A program made the position numbers and the translations under genes. This document shows, piece by piece, positions 7,968 through 17,114 of a stretch of 32,000 nt of DNA (position 1 is its first letter; each line of letters opens with the position of its first letter). The stretch lies in contig JASBSB010000007.1 of the NCBI GenBank assembly GCA_030149205.1, positions 480,001-512,000 on the forward strand. Direction: 5' to 3'. A model generated the notes under the pieces. That model ran no database searches. It saw only the letters and a list, made by a program, of their open reading frames with translations, and was not told the DNA's origin. The DNA comes from Candidatus Heimdallarchaeota archaeon. GTDB lineage: Archaea > Asgardarchaeota > Heimdallarchaeia > Heimdallarchaeales > Kariarchaeaceae.

Positions 7968-8969
7968 TTGAGGATACTAGTCTTTGGAGATACTCATTTT
8001 GGTCTAAAGCTTGGTAAAACTGGGTATTCCAAGGCTCAATCCATCAAGGAAGCGTTTAAAGCCTTCGAGCAAATTATTAACCTAACAGAAACGGAAAAAA
8101 TTGATGTGGTAATTCATGTTGGAGACGTCTTTGATCGCTCTAAACCAGACAAAAAAATCGTGCATAAGGCTTATTCTCTCTTTGAACGGCTTCTGAATAC
8201 CGGGGTTAAATTTATAATCATCCCCGGAAATCATGACAGATCAACCCTTGATAACACTCTTCTTGAACAAATTTATCCAAATTTTCATATATTGAATTCA
8301 CTAGGTTCTGTGAACTACGAGGATTGGAATTTTGTAGGGTTTCCATTTACAAAAAGTCCACAACAAACTTTAGAACTTGCGTTTCAAATTGCTGAGGAGA
8401 AGAAACAGTTTAAAACAATAGTTTTTTGCCATCAAACTTTTATTGGAGCTGAGGTGGGACCACAAAACTTCAAATTTAATCTAAAACATAACGCAGTTGT
8501 CGTCAATAAATTACCAGTAAATGTACCTTTCATTGTTTCTGGTCACATACATCGTGCTCAAATTTTGCAAGATGGAAAAGTGATATATCCTGGTTCAGTT
8601 ATTAGAACAAGCTTTCAGGAGTATATTGAGCCAAAAGGTGTTCTTATTATAGATGAAGAGGGAGGAACCTTAACAGTCAATTTCAAAGAAATAGAATCAT
8701 CAACATTGGAGGTGGTTGAGGTTAGGTATGATGAACTGGATAAGACACTCAGAGAGATAGATCCACAAATTAGAACCCTAGTCCGGGTCATAGACAAATC
8801 CTTTGAACGTCATGAGTTAATAGAAATGTACAAAAAGGTCTCCTTATCTCAATTACCCTTGTTACACCTATCACCTAACCAAGAGAATGTTGTTTTAAAA
8901 CCCCTGTATTCGACTTATAAAGGCAGTTTCCTTCCTTTTCATCATACTCTTGACCTGCATCTTGTATGA
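7968..8969 (+). CDS. Metallophosphoesterase, SbcD/Mre11-like DNA repair nuclease
   Basis: GDTHFG, HVGDVFD, IPGNHD, CHQ, SGHIH and YPGS motifs. Probable TTG start at 7968 (MRILVFGDTH), with ATATATAA at 7941-7948 upstream; the ORF track starts at 7938. Confidence 0.85.
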   Translation: MRILVFGDTHFGLKLGKTGYSKAQSIKEAFKAFEQIINLTETEKIDVVIHVGDVFDRSKPDKKIVHKAYSLFERLLNTGVKFIIIPGNHDRSTLDNTLLEQIYPNFHILNSLGSVNYEDWNFVGFPFTKSPQQTLELAFQIAEEKKQFKTIVFCHQTFIGAEVGPQNFKFNLKHNAVVVNKLPVNVPFIVSGHIHRAQILQDGKVIYPGSVIRTSFQEYIEPKGVLIIDEEGGTLTVNFKEIESSTLEVVEVRYDELDKTLREIDPQIRTLVRVIDKSFERHELIEMYKKVSLSQLPLLHLSPNQENVVLKPLYSTYKGSFLPFHHTLDLHLV

Positions 8970-9135
8970 ATTGACAATCCTCAGAATATCTTATTTTTTG
9001 ACTCAAAGCAATTATGTGTACAAATCCCAAAAATTACATATTCGAAAATGCTTTACAATAAGATCTTTAGCAAAATTCTAAATTACAAATTTGGAATGGA
9101 GGTTTTTGTGTTTTTACTATTGGTTAAATAAGAGC

Positions 9136-9145
9136 ATATATATAA
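9136..9145 (+). promoter_or_regulatory. Archaeal TATA box for the M13 peptidase gene (probably a leaderless mRNA)
   Basis: ATATATATAA ends 22 nt before ATG 9168; no RBS is visible. Confidence 0.6.
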
Positions 9146-9167
9146 TAACTGACTGTTAACCCTTCTT

Positions 9168-11111
9168 ATGCTTCAAGAGAAGTTTGAGGATACAATGGAT
9201 CCCACTGTAAAACCTCAAGATGATTTTTATCGATATGCCAATGGTAAATGGTTGAAAAATACAGAGATTCCCCCAGATAAAAGTAGATGGGGGTCATTTA
9301 CTGTGTTACGGGACAGGTCTCTGGATGATGTTAAATCACTCTTAGAAACTGAGTTTACCTCAGGTGAATACAAGAATGCCAGTGTGTTTTTTAAGGTTGG
9401 AATGGACTCCTCCAGATTAGATCAAGAGGATTATACCCCGATTAAACCTTTTTTGGAACAGATCAATGCAATTCAAACCCGAGATGAGCTAAAAGAGGTC
9501 ATAATCACGCTAGAAGACAAGGGATTACTTGGATACACTGGGTTCTCGTCAAACCAAGACAGGAAAAATACAGATATTGAGATTCCTCATTTTTCCTCAG
9601 GTGGATTAAGTCTTCCATCATCGAGGTTCGGAAACAGGGACTTCTATCTTGAGGAGGATAAAGAACCAATTAGAGAAGAATACTTGAAATATCTTGAAAA
9701 ACTCTTTGGATTTATAGGGGAAAATGACCCAAGCGCTTTAGCTCAACGTGTCTTGAGTTTTGAAAAAAGCTTGGCAGAGAAACATTATACTCAGGTACAA
9801 AAAAGAGATCCAGAGCTTTCATACAACAAGATGGATTTCTCCGAATTTAAGACAAAATACTCAAACTTTCTATGGGATACCTATGTCTCAAAATTTACAG
9901 ATGTGGAATTAAGTGACATTGTTGTTGATAATCCCCCATTTTTTGAATTTATAAATAACCAGATCGAGGAGGAGGACTTAGAAAATTGGAAGACCTATCT
10001 TAAGGCAAGAGTAATGAACAGGTCTGCAAGTTATCTCAGCCAAAGATTTGAAGAAGCATCTTTTGATTTTTATGGTAAGGTCATTAGTGGACAGAAAGAG
10101 ATGGAAGACCGCTGGAAACGTGTTGTGGGGATGATGAACAACCGGTTCATACTAGGTGAGCTTGTGGGTAAACTATATGTCGAAAAATTCTTCCCTGCCT
10201 CTTCAAAGGCGAAAATGCTCGATTTGGTTAATAATCTAATAGAGGCATTGGAACAGCGTATTCACAACTTGGACTGGATGGGTGAAGAAACCAAGAAAAA
10301 GGCACTGGTCAAACTTAAAGCCTTTAATGTAAAAATAGGGTATCCTGATGAATGGGAGGACTATTCATCTCTTGATTTAGATGAAAGTGACAGTTACCTC
10401 AATATCTTGAACAAATGCACAAGACTGCAGAGAGACAATATGCTCAGCAGGTTATACAAGGCTCCTGATAGAAAGAAATGGTTTATGTCACCTCAGACAG
10501 TTAACGCGTACTACTCACCTCTTAAGAATGAGATCGTTTTTCCAGCTGCTATCCTACAGTTCCCATTTTTCGACCCCAACATGACAGACGCAGAAAATTA
10601 CGGTGGGATTGGTGCTGTGATTGGACATGAGATCAGTCATGGTTATGATGACAAAGGGAGTATGTTTGACGCTAATGGAAACATGAACAACTGGTGGACA
10701 GATGAAGACAGAAGGCAGTTTAATGAACGAAGTGAACACTTCATGCAAGAGTATGAAAAATTCTTGGTAAATGGAAAACCTCTAATTGGAAAACTTACCT
10801 TGGGTGAAAACATAGGTGATCTAGGAGGACTGAGGATTTCCTTCCATGCTATGGAAAACAATTATAAGAAACTTGGTCGTGAAGAGTCTGGCGATTACAC
10901 GAAAGAACAACTCTTTTTTATGTCTTATGCCAGAATATGGAGATCATTGAGCAGACCAGAAATTGCAGAAATGTTAAGGGTAAGTGACCCTCACTCTCCA
11001 CCCGAGGCTAGAGTAAACGTTGCATTGGCAAACATCCCTGAATTCCACCAAACTTACCCAACCAAGCCTGGGGATGGAATGCATAGAGAGACGATAGTTG
11101 AACTCTGGTAA
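9168..11111 (+). CDS. pepO: M13 family metallopeptidase (PepO/neprilysin-like), cytoplasmic
   Basis: PQDDFYRYANGKW, TVNAYYSP, GHEISHGYDD (HExxH), GENIGDLGG, DPHSP..RVN; no signal peptide. Confidence 0.95.
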   Translation: MLQEKFEDTMDPTVKPQDDFYRYANGKWLKNTEIPPDKSRWGSFTVLRDRSLDDVKSLLETEFTSGEYKNASVFFKVGMDSSRLDQEDYTPIKPFLEQINAIQTRDELKEVIITLEDKGLLGYTGFSSNQDRKNTDIEIPHFSSGGLSLPSSRFGNRDFYLEEDKEPIREEYLKYLEKLFGFIGENDPSALAQRVLSFEKSLAEKHYTQVQKRDPELSYNKMDFSEFKTKYSNFLWDTYVSKFTDVELSDIVVDNPPFFEFINNQIEEEDLENWKTYLKARVMNRSASYLSQRFEEASFDFYGKVISGQKEMEDRWKRVVGMMNNRFILGELVGKLYVEKFFPASSKAKMLDLVNNLIEALEQRIHNLDWMGEETKKKALVKLKAFNVKIGYPDEWEDYSSLDLDESDSYLNILNKCTRLQRDNMLSRLYKAPDRKKWFMSPQTVNAYYSPLKNEIVFPAAILQFPFFDPNMTDAENYGGIGAVIGHEISHGYDDKGSMFDANGNMNNWWTDEDRRQFNERSEHFMQEYEKFLVNGKPLIGKLTLGENIGDLGGLRISFHAMENNYKKLGREESGDYTKEQLFFMSYARIWRSLSRPEIAEMLRVSDPHSPPEARVNVALANIPEFHQTYPTKPGDGMHRETIVELW

Positions 11112-11212
11112 ATGACAGTAAACTCTAAGAAAAAGTTATGTTTATCTTATAATAATGTAACGTTCCACAAGTCATGAGAAAAAATCAAATATTAACTTAT
11201 TACTAGTCATTT

Positions 11213-11611
11213 ATGAAAGTCTCTGTAATGATGATAATCATGTTTGCTACAACCGTGGGAACTCTCCTCGCTTTGTTTTTGATTGAGAATCTTAAGATAA
11301 CTCAACTAGGCTCGTTAACCCAAACTCAGATCAATTTGATATTCATGGCTCTAATATGGTTTCTTATTTGTGTGATAACCTGGTTTGGAGCTACACGAGT
11401 AGAAGATAATTCTTTTGGGTTAATCTCACCTGGCTTTTTCATTGGTTGGGTTTTCTGCAATTTAGGGTACATAATTGGATATCTTTTATTTTTCCTGATC
11501 AGGACCAGTTCGATTACAATTCAATTTGATGCCTTGACAACATCATTTCTCACTGCTTTACCACTCACAATTGGGCCGACACTTGCTGCGTCTTCTGGAT
11601 TGAAAAAATAG
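11213..11611 (+). CDS. Hypothetical integral membrane protein (~4 TM)
   Basis: 132-aa ORF filling the gap between genes, with four hydrophobic segments; no family recognised. Confidence 0.7.
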   Translation: MKVSVMMIIMFATTVGTLLALFLIENLKITQLGSLTQTQINLIFMALIWFLICVITWFGATRVEDNSFGLISPGFFIGWVFCNLGYIIGYLLFFLIRTSSITIQFDALTTSFLTALPLTIGPTLAASSGLKK

Positions 11612-11636
11612 GGGATTGTAATAATTCTTAGTAGAT

Positions 11637-13571
11637 TCACAACTGACCAGAAGTACTTAAAATTTCAACTAAAACGGGTCCTTTGGTGTTAATTCCCTCA
11701 TCCAATGTTTTTTTTAAGTCGTTTACTGTTTTAATTTTCAACCCTGTACCACCACAATTATTGGCAAACTCGGCAAAGTCTGGGTTGGTTAAATTGGTCT
11801 CCCAAACCTGAAAGCCAGAATTCCTTTGTTCCCTCGTGATTTTTCCGAACTCATTGTTATTCAGAAGTATTAAGGTTATATTGAGGTCATATTTGACTGC
11901 AGTAGTGAATTCTGCCATATATTGACCAAAGCCACCATCACCCGCAATTGCGATAATCTTTTCATCTGGTTTCGCAACAGCTGCACCAATAGCAGCAGGA
12001 AATGCGAAGCCAATTGACCCAAGGTATCCTGACATTAGGATATGTTGGTTTTTTGATTCAAAATATATCCCAAATGAATATGTGTTATTTCCCACATCCA
12101 CAGCAATCACTGAATTCTGTGGTATAAGCTCTGATAAGGTATGAAAAATCAAAGCATTACTTGGAAGATCTTGAGAGACTAGTTGTTCTCTCTTTATTTT
12201 CTCTTCCCTCCATTTTATCCATCTGGTTGCAATATATTTAACTGAGGCTGTGTGGTCTAACTTTGGAATACGATCCAAAAGTAACTCAACAGTGGTCTCA
12301 ATTTCACCCCAAACTGGTAAAGTAACTGGATGAAATTTTGCCAGCATATTTTTATCAAAATCAATTTGAATGATAGGTTTGTGTGAATTAATGCTGGTGT
12401 GATTACTGAAACTTGCTCCTATAACAATTAGCAAATCTGATCTGTTCATGGCAGCAGAAGCAACAGGTGTCCCACTACGACCTAGAACCCCACAAGCTAA
12501 GGGATGAGAATCAGCAACAATACCTTTTGCTTTAAATGTCGTTATTATCGGAACTTCAATGTGCTCCGCGAACTTGATTATAACATCGGCATGGTTTCTT
12601 CCCCCGTTACCAACAATCAGAACAGGTCTCTTTGCTTCCAAGATTAGTTTGATCATTTTTTCTATGTCTTCGATAGGTGGTCGAATACTATTGTTTGCTA
12701 ATCGTCCCTTCGGGAGAGAAATTTCACAATTTGGATCTGCGGGTAAGGTTTGTACCTCATCAGGAAAAATCAGGTGTCCCACTCCCTTTTTATTAATTGC
12801 ATGTTTAACTGCTAATGCCGTAAGTTCAGTCGCGTTTGAAGTGGTTAATACTTGTTGACTCCAGACTGTTACAGCTTCATATGCCTTCAAAAGTGGGATC
12901 TCTTGGAATGCACCAGGTCCTAAAACCTGTGTATTCACCTGTCCTGTTAGTGCTAAAATCGGAACATTATCTAGGTTAGCATCCCATAACCCGGTAAGCA
13001 TGTTAGTTGCTCCAGGGCCAGCTATTGAGAAACAAGCTGCTGGTCTTCCTGTCAGCTTTGCATAAGCAGAAGCAGCAAAGGATGCAGCACCCTCATGTCT
13101 GACACCTATGTAATTTAATTTTCCCTTCTGTGCAGCCTTGGCAATAGAATTTGCTAATCCAAGATTGCTGTGTCCAACAATTCCAAAAACTTTTGTGATG
13201 CCCCATTCAACCATTGTTTCTACAACTTGATCCATCAATGTCTTTTCTTGAATCTTTTGTTCTACACCTATGTATATCCCATCTTCTCGCACCTCCACTG
13301 GAAAGCTTTTGGCTTTATCTTCGTAACCCTCAGGTGCATTTCCTGTCTTTGGGTCAAACTCATATCCATGCCACGGACATACAACATACCCATTCTGAAG
13401 AAAACCATCACCCAAGGGTCCACCCTGATGAGGGCATTGATTACAAATAGCTCCGTATCCCTCTTTTGTCCTTGTTAAACAAATTGTTTCAGTTTCTGCG
13501 GTTACAGTCGTCACTCTTCCTATCTCAATAAAATCCTTGTCTCCAACCCTTATCCAATGTCGTTTTTCCAT
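11637..13571 (-). CDS. TPP-dependent enzyme (pyruvate oxidase/acetolactate synthase family) with an N-terminal Rieske [2Fe-2S] domain
   Basis: Rieske boxes CPHQGGPL and CPWHG; RHEGAASFAA (TPP-activating Glu); TTFKAKG; GDGG...NN TPP-Mg motif. ATG 13571 is preferred over GTG 13625 because TTTTTAT lies ~20-28 nt upstream and the extra residues look unconserved. Confidence 0.88.
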   Translation of the reverse strand: MEKRHWIRVGDKDFIEIGRVTTVTAETETICLTRTKEGYGAICNQCPHQGGPLGDGFLQNGYVVCPWHGYEFDPKTGNAPEGYEDKAKSFPVEVREDGIYIGVEQKIQEKTLMDQVVETMVEWGITKVFGIVGHSNLGLANSIAKAAQKGKLNYIGVRHEGAASFAASAYAKLTGRPAACFSIAGPGATNMLTGLWDANLDNVPILALTGQVNTQVLGPGAFQEIPLLKAYEAVTVWSQQVLTTSNATELTALAVKHAINKKGVGHLIFPDEVQTLPADPNCEISLPKGRLANNSIRPPIEDIEKMIKLILEAKRPVLIVGNGGRNHADVIIKFAEHIEVPIITTFKAKGIVADSHPLACGVLGRSGTPVASAAMNRSDLLIVIGASFSNHTSINSHKPIIQIDFDKNMLAKFHPVTLPVWGEIETTVELLLDRIPKLDHTASVKYIATRWIKWREEKIKREQLVSQDLPSNALIFHTLSELIPQNSVIAVDVGNNTYSFGIYFESKNQHILMSGYLGSIGFAFPAAIGAAVAKPDEKIIAIAGDGGFGQYMAEFTTAVKYDLNITLILLNNNEFGKITREQRNSGFQVWETNLTNPDFAEFANNCGGTGLKIKTVNDLKKTLDEGINTKGPVLVEILSTSGQL

Positions 13572-13884
13572 ACGATGATATCCATAACAATCATAAAAAC
13601 GTTGTTGATTTTTTTTAGTAGTCACTTCTTACTTGTTGATTTAAATTTCTGAGATCATCTTTCATTGAACCCAATGACTCGCCTCTTTAATTGAAATTTA
13701 AAACTGAAAACTATGAACTATATTTCATATTCATGATTTTTGGTTTTGATCTGCCCCAATTATTTTCATACCTAATGTAGTATCTATAGAAGGTCTAAAT
13801 CTAAAAACAGTCTATTTAAGCATGTGCTGTTGCAATGGTATCTAAGTATTCTCTGAGGTGATGAAAAGAATTTATTATCTTTAA

Positions 13885-14295
13885 TTACATTACTTCAAGG
13901 TGTGATACATGCTTTGATTCGCCAGAGCAACATGACCCATCCTTTGGTTTTGGAAAGCTAATTAATTGTTTATCTTCATATAAATTAATTATCTCCTTTA
14001 AATTTGCATTCTTTTCAGCTTGATAAACTGGAAATCCCTCTGAATAAAATGAATCGTAAGCATGGCTTCCGATATGAGCTACTACCACACCTTCTCCCTT
14101 AATTTTCTTTATCATATCAATAAATGAATCAGAACCACCTTGATGATGATTTGTGTTCTTTAAGAACTCTAAGCTCTTCATTGCAGTGTCATAGATTGCA
14201 AACTCATTTGTTCTCCCAAATCTTGGTTCAATTCTGATTTTTTGTAAATCAGTTTCATTCTCCTCTCGCTTGACTGGAATAAATAATCGTGTCAT
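13885..14295 (-). CDS. NifB/NifX family (dinitrogenase FeMo-cofactor-binding domain) protein
   Basis: PRFGRTNEFAIYD, VVVAHIGSHAY..F...GFPVY pattern; C-terminal GSCCSGESKH tail. Confidence 0.75.
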   Translation of the reverse strand: MTRLFIPVKREENETDLQKIRIEPRFGRTNEFAIYDTAMKSLEFLKNTNHHQGGSDSFIDMIKKIKGEGVVVAHIGSHAYDSFYSEGFPVYQAEKNANLKEIINLYEDKQLISFPKPKDGSCCSGESKHVSHLEVM

Positions 14296-14407
14296 AATTC
14301 TTGATATTTGCTATAAAATATAAATCTTTTTTCATTGCGTATCAATTATTGATATATTGTCCTAAAATTTCTTACCTTATTACGATGAACTTGAAACCTA
14401 AACAACA

Positions 14408-15397
14408 TTAGTTAAGTTTTGATAGAAGACTCTCTATGACTTCCAATGAAGTGTACCTTCCTTTCTGATCTCGAGTTAACACTGACTTAGATATACATTC
14501 ATTTATCACATTATGCAACTTAATAGCGAGACTCTCTTCTCTTAAGTACCTGAGAAGCATGATAGCAGCAAATAAAGTTGCATATGGATTAACTATTCCT
14601 TTACCTGCTATGTCCGGTGCAGATCCATGAACTGGTTCAAAAACAGCATGAGTACTTCCTATATTAGCGGATGCAGCGAATCCCAAACCAGATTGTTTAC
14701 CAGCTGTTAGATCTGAAATAATATCGCCAAACATATTGCTGGTGACGATAACATCAAAATTGCTTGGATTAACAACGAGCTTCATAGCCAATGAATCGAC
14801 CAGCTGGTTATTCATTTCAATCCAAGGATTCTGTTTTGAAATCTCATTGAAAATATTCAAAAACATTCCATCTGACTTTCTAAGGATGTTGGCCTTATGA
14901 GCAAGAGTTATTTTATTTCTTCGATTCTCTTTTGAATACCTTAAAGCAAATTCAATTATTCTTCTGCAGCCTTTTGGACTTAATATCCTTTGTCCAACAA
15001 CTGTTCCGTTTTTAAGAACCTCTTCCTTTCCAAGATATAACCCCTCGGTGTTCTCTCGAATGATTGTTAAGTCAAAGTCACTTATTGTGGGAATTCTAGG
15101 AAATGGCCTGACATTTGCGTAAAGGTCAAAGGATTGCCTTAATTGTAGAATTGGGCTGGTATATTCATTAATGTTAGGTGGGGTAGTGACCGCACCAAAT
15201 AGTGCAACCTTTATTTCATTAAACCTTTCAACAGTTTCCTGAGGAAGAGGGTTTCCAAAGTTTTTGTATGCTCCAAACCCAATGTGTCCAAAGACAGGTT
15301 CAAAATTTAATCCCAAAGCTTCTAAAACTTTAACTGTTAGTGGTACGACCTCCTTTCCCACACCATCTCCAGGTAGAATAAGAATTTTATGGTGCAT
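14408..15397 (-). CDS. aksF: Homoisocitrate dehydrogenase (isocitrate/isopropylmalate dehydrogenase family, AksF/HICDH type)
   Basis: GDGVGKEV, LFGAV, YTSPILQLRQ..DLYANVRP, RENTEGLY, HKANIL, NMFGDIISD, EPVHGSAPDIAG; 11-nt overlap with the small-subunit gene. Confidence 0.85.
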   Translation of the reverse strand: MHHKILILPGDGVGKEVVPLTVKVLEALGLNFEPVFGHIGFGAYKNFGNPLPQETVERFNEIKVALFGAVTTPPNINEYTSPILQLRQSFDLYANVRPFPRIPTISDFDLTIIRENTEGLYLGKEEVLKNGTVVGQRILSPKGCRRIIEFALRYSKENRRNKITLAHKANILRKSDGMFLNIFNEISKQNPWIEMNNQLVDSLAMKLVVNPSNFDVIVTSNMFGDIISDLTAGKQSGLGFAASANIGSTHAVFEPVHGSAPDIAGKGIVNPYATLFAAIMLLRYLREESLAIKLHNVINECISKSVLTRDQKGRYTSLEVIESLLSKLN

Positions 15398-15881
15398 TTT
15401 CTAACTCACTTATGTCGTGATTTCTAAGAAATTCAACTATACCTCCAGATTCTATTATACGCCTGATAAACGGTGGTAAGCGAGATGCGTGATACTTCCT
15501 TCCATTGACTGTGACTTCTCCTGTATCGAAACTAACCTCAATTATGTCATCTGAAGTCACATTTATCAGGTCTGGAACCTCCAATATCGGTAGACCGATA
15601 TTAATTGCGTTTCGATAAAAAATTCTGGCATAACTCCGAGCAATTACTGCCTTCACCTTCGATCCTTTAATTGCAATTGGAGCATGTTCTCGGCTGCTCC
15701 CACAGCCAAAATTCTTTCCTGCCACAATAATATCCCCTGTTTGAGCCTGCTCAGAAAACTCTGGACAGACCTCATAAAATGCATGCTGCGCAAGTTCTTG
15801 TTCATCAGTGGTAACGTTATATCGACCTGGGATAATTTCATCAGTATTTACGTCATCCCCAAAAACCCAAACATTTGTCAT
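15387..15881 (-). CDS. hacB: Homoaconitase / 3-isopropylmalate dehydratase small subunit
   Basis: [42 protein letters not shown]; GGAGGTG RBS and TAATG overlap with hacA. Confidence 0.92.
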   Translation of the reverse strand: MTNVWVFGDDVNTDEIIPGRYNVTTDEQELAQHAFYEVCPEFSEQAQTGDIIVAGKNFGCGSSREHAPIAIKGSKVKAVIARSYARIFYRNAINIGLPILEVPDLINVTSDDIIEVSFDTGEVTVNGRKYHASRLPPFIRRIIESGGIVEFLRNHDISELENAP

Positions 15882-17113
15882 TAAACTTGCACCTCCCTTG
15901 GATCTGCTATTTTTCCTTTGATAGCAGAGTATGCAATAGTTGCTGGAGACCCAAGGTAGATCTCTGCTTCAGGTGAACCCATACGTCCTTGAAAGTTTCT
16001 GTTCATAGTTGTTAAGGCTACCTCTTCAGGGGCTAGAACTCCTTGATGTCTGCCAATACAGGGGCCACATCCAGGGTTGGGAACTACAGCCCCAGCCTCA
16101 GTAAAAATATCAATATAGCCTCTCAGATAGGCCTCTTTTAGTACACTTTGAGATGCAGGAACAACGACCATTCTGGTCTCTGGATGAATCTTTTGCCCTT
16201 TTAGAATTTTTGCAGCAACCTCTAGATCAGACAGTCTCCCGTTAGTGCAAGTCCCTAAAAAGACCTGATCAACGTTTAAGTCGGTGAATTGGTCTATGTC
16301 ATGAACATTGTCAACTCTGTGAGGTGCAGCAATCTTTGGAACAATATCCTCTGCTTGAAACTCCAGAGTTTGCTGGTATTTTGGGTTAACTGGATGAATT
16401 GGATTTCCTTGGCCTCCAGTGTATTCCATGGTTATTTTATCAGCCTGAACCATACCTGCTTTGGCACCCATTTCAACAGCCATGCTTGTAAGTGTCATTC
16501 TTTCTTCTACAGACATGTTCTGAGCAGTCTCTCCAGTGTATTCAAGGGCACGATATGTTGCACCATCGGCCCCAACCCTTCTTACCATCTCCAAGATCAG
16601 ATCCTTTGGATAAACCCCCTCAGCAAATTTTCCCTCTGTAAGCAACTGAATTGTTTCTGGAACTTTTAACCAGGTTTTCCCTGTTGCATAAGCTACTGCC
16701 ACATCAGTAGAACCCATCCCAGTAGAAAATGCACCAACAGCCCCATGTGTGCATGAATGACTGTCAGCTCCTACAATTACAGCTCCTGGGAGTGCAAAAT
16801 GTTTTTCTACCATAATTTGATGACATACTCCCTCCTGATAAAAATTTGAGATATTGCTTTGATTTACAAAGCTTTTAACCTTTTTCTGTAACATAGCAGC
16901 TTTGATTGATGGTGCAGGGACAATATGATCGAAGACTACAACTGCTTTGTCGGGATTCCAAGGGCCCTTGTTTAGTGCATCCAGTGCATTTATTATGAGT
17001 GGTGTGGTGGTGTCATGGCTCATCACATAATCAACATCTGTGATTATAATGTCTCCTGAGTGGACCTCCCTTCCAAGCTTATTTGTTAAGATTTCTTCCG
17101 TTAATGTTCCCAT
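15881..17113 (-). CDS. hacA: Homoaconitase / 3-isopropylmalate dehydratase large subunit
   Basis: DHIVP, GVCHQ, GADSHSCTHGA, FLGTCTNGR and PGCGPCIG ([4Fe-4S] ligands), TMNRNFQGRMG. Confidence 0.93.
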   Translation of the reverse strand: MGTLTEEILTNKLGREVHSGDIIITDVDYVMSHDTTTPLIINALDALNKGPWNPDKAVVVFDHIVPAPSIKAAMLQKKVKSFVNQSNISNFYQEGVCHQIMVEKHFALPGAVIVGADSHSCTHGAVGAFSTGMGSTDVAVAYATGKTWLKVPETIQLLTEGKFAEGVYPKDLILEMVRRVGADGATYRALEYTGETAQNMSVEERMTLTSMAVEMGAKAGMVQADKITMEYTGGQGNPIHPVNPKYQQTLEFQAEDIVPKIAAPHRVDNVHDIDQFTDLNVDQVFLGTCTNGRLSDLEVAAKILKGQKIHPETRMVVVPASQSVLKEAYLRGYIDIFTEAGAVVPNPGCGPCIGRHQGVLAPEEVALTTMNRNFQGRMGSPEAEIYLGSPATIAYSAIKGKIADPREVQV

Positions 17114-17114
17114 G

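Noticed and set aside
13572-13625. 18-aa N-terminal extension of the Rieske-TPP protein from GTG 13625
   Set aside because: No RBS, and it contains the TATA-like element that fits ATG 13571.
13855-13883. GAGGTG-ATG micro-ORF (MKRIYYL)
   Set aside because: No spacing between the RBS-like motif and the ATG, only 7 codons, and no other support.
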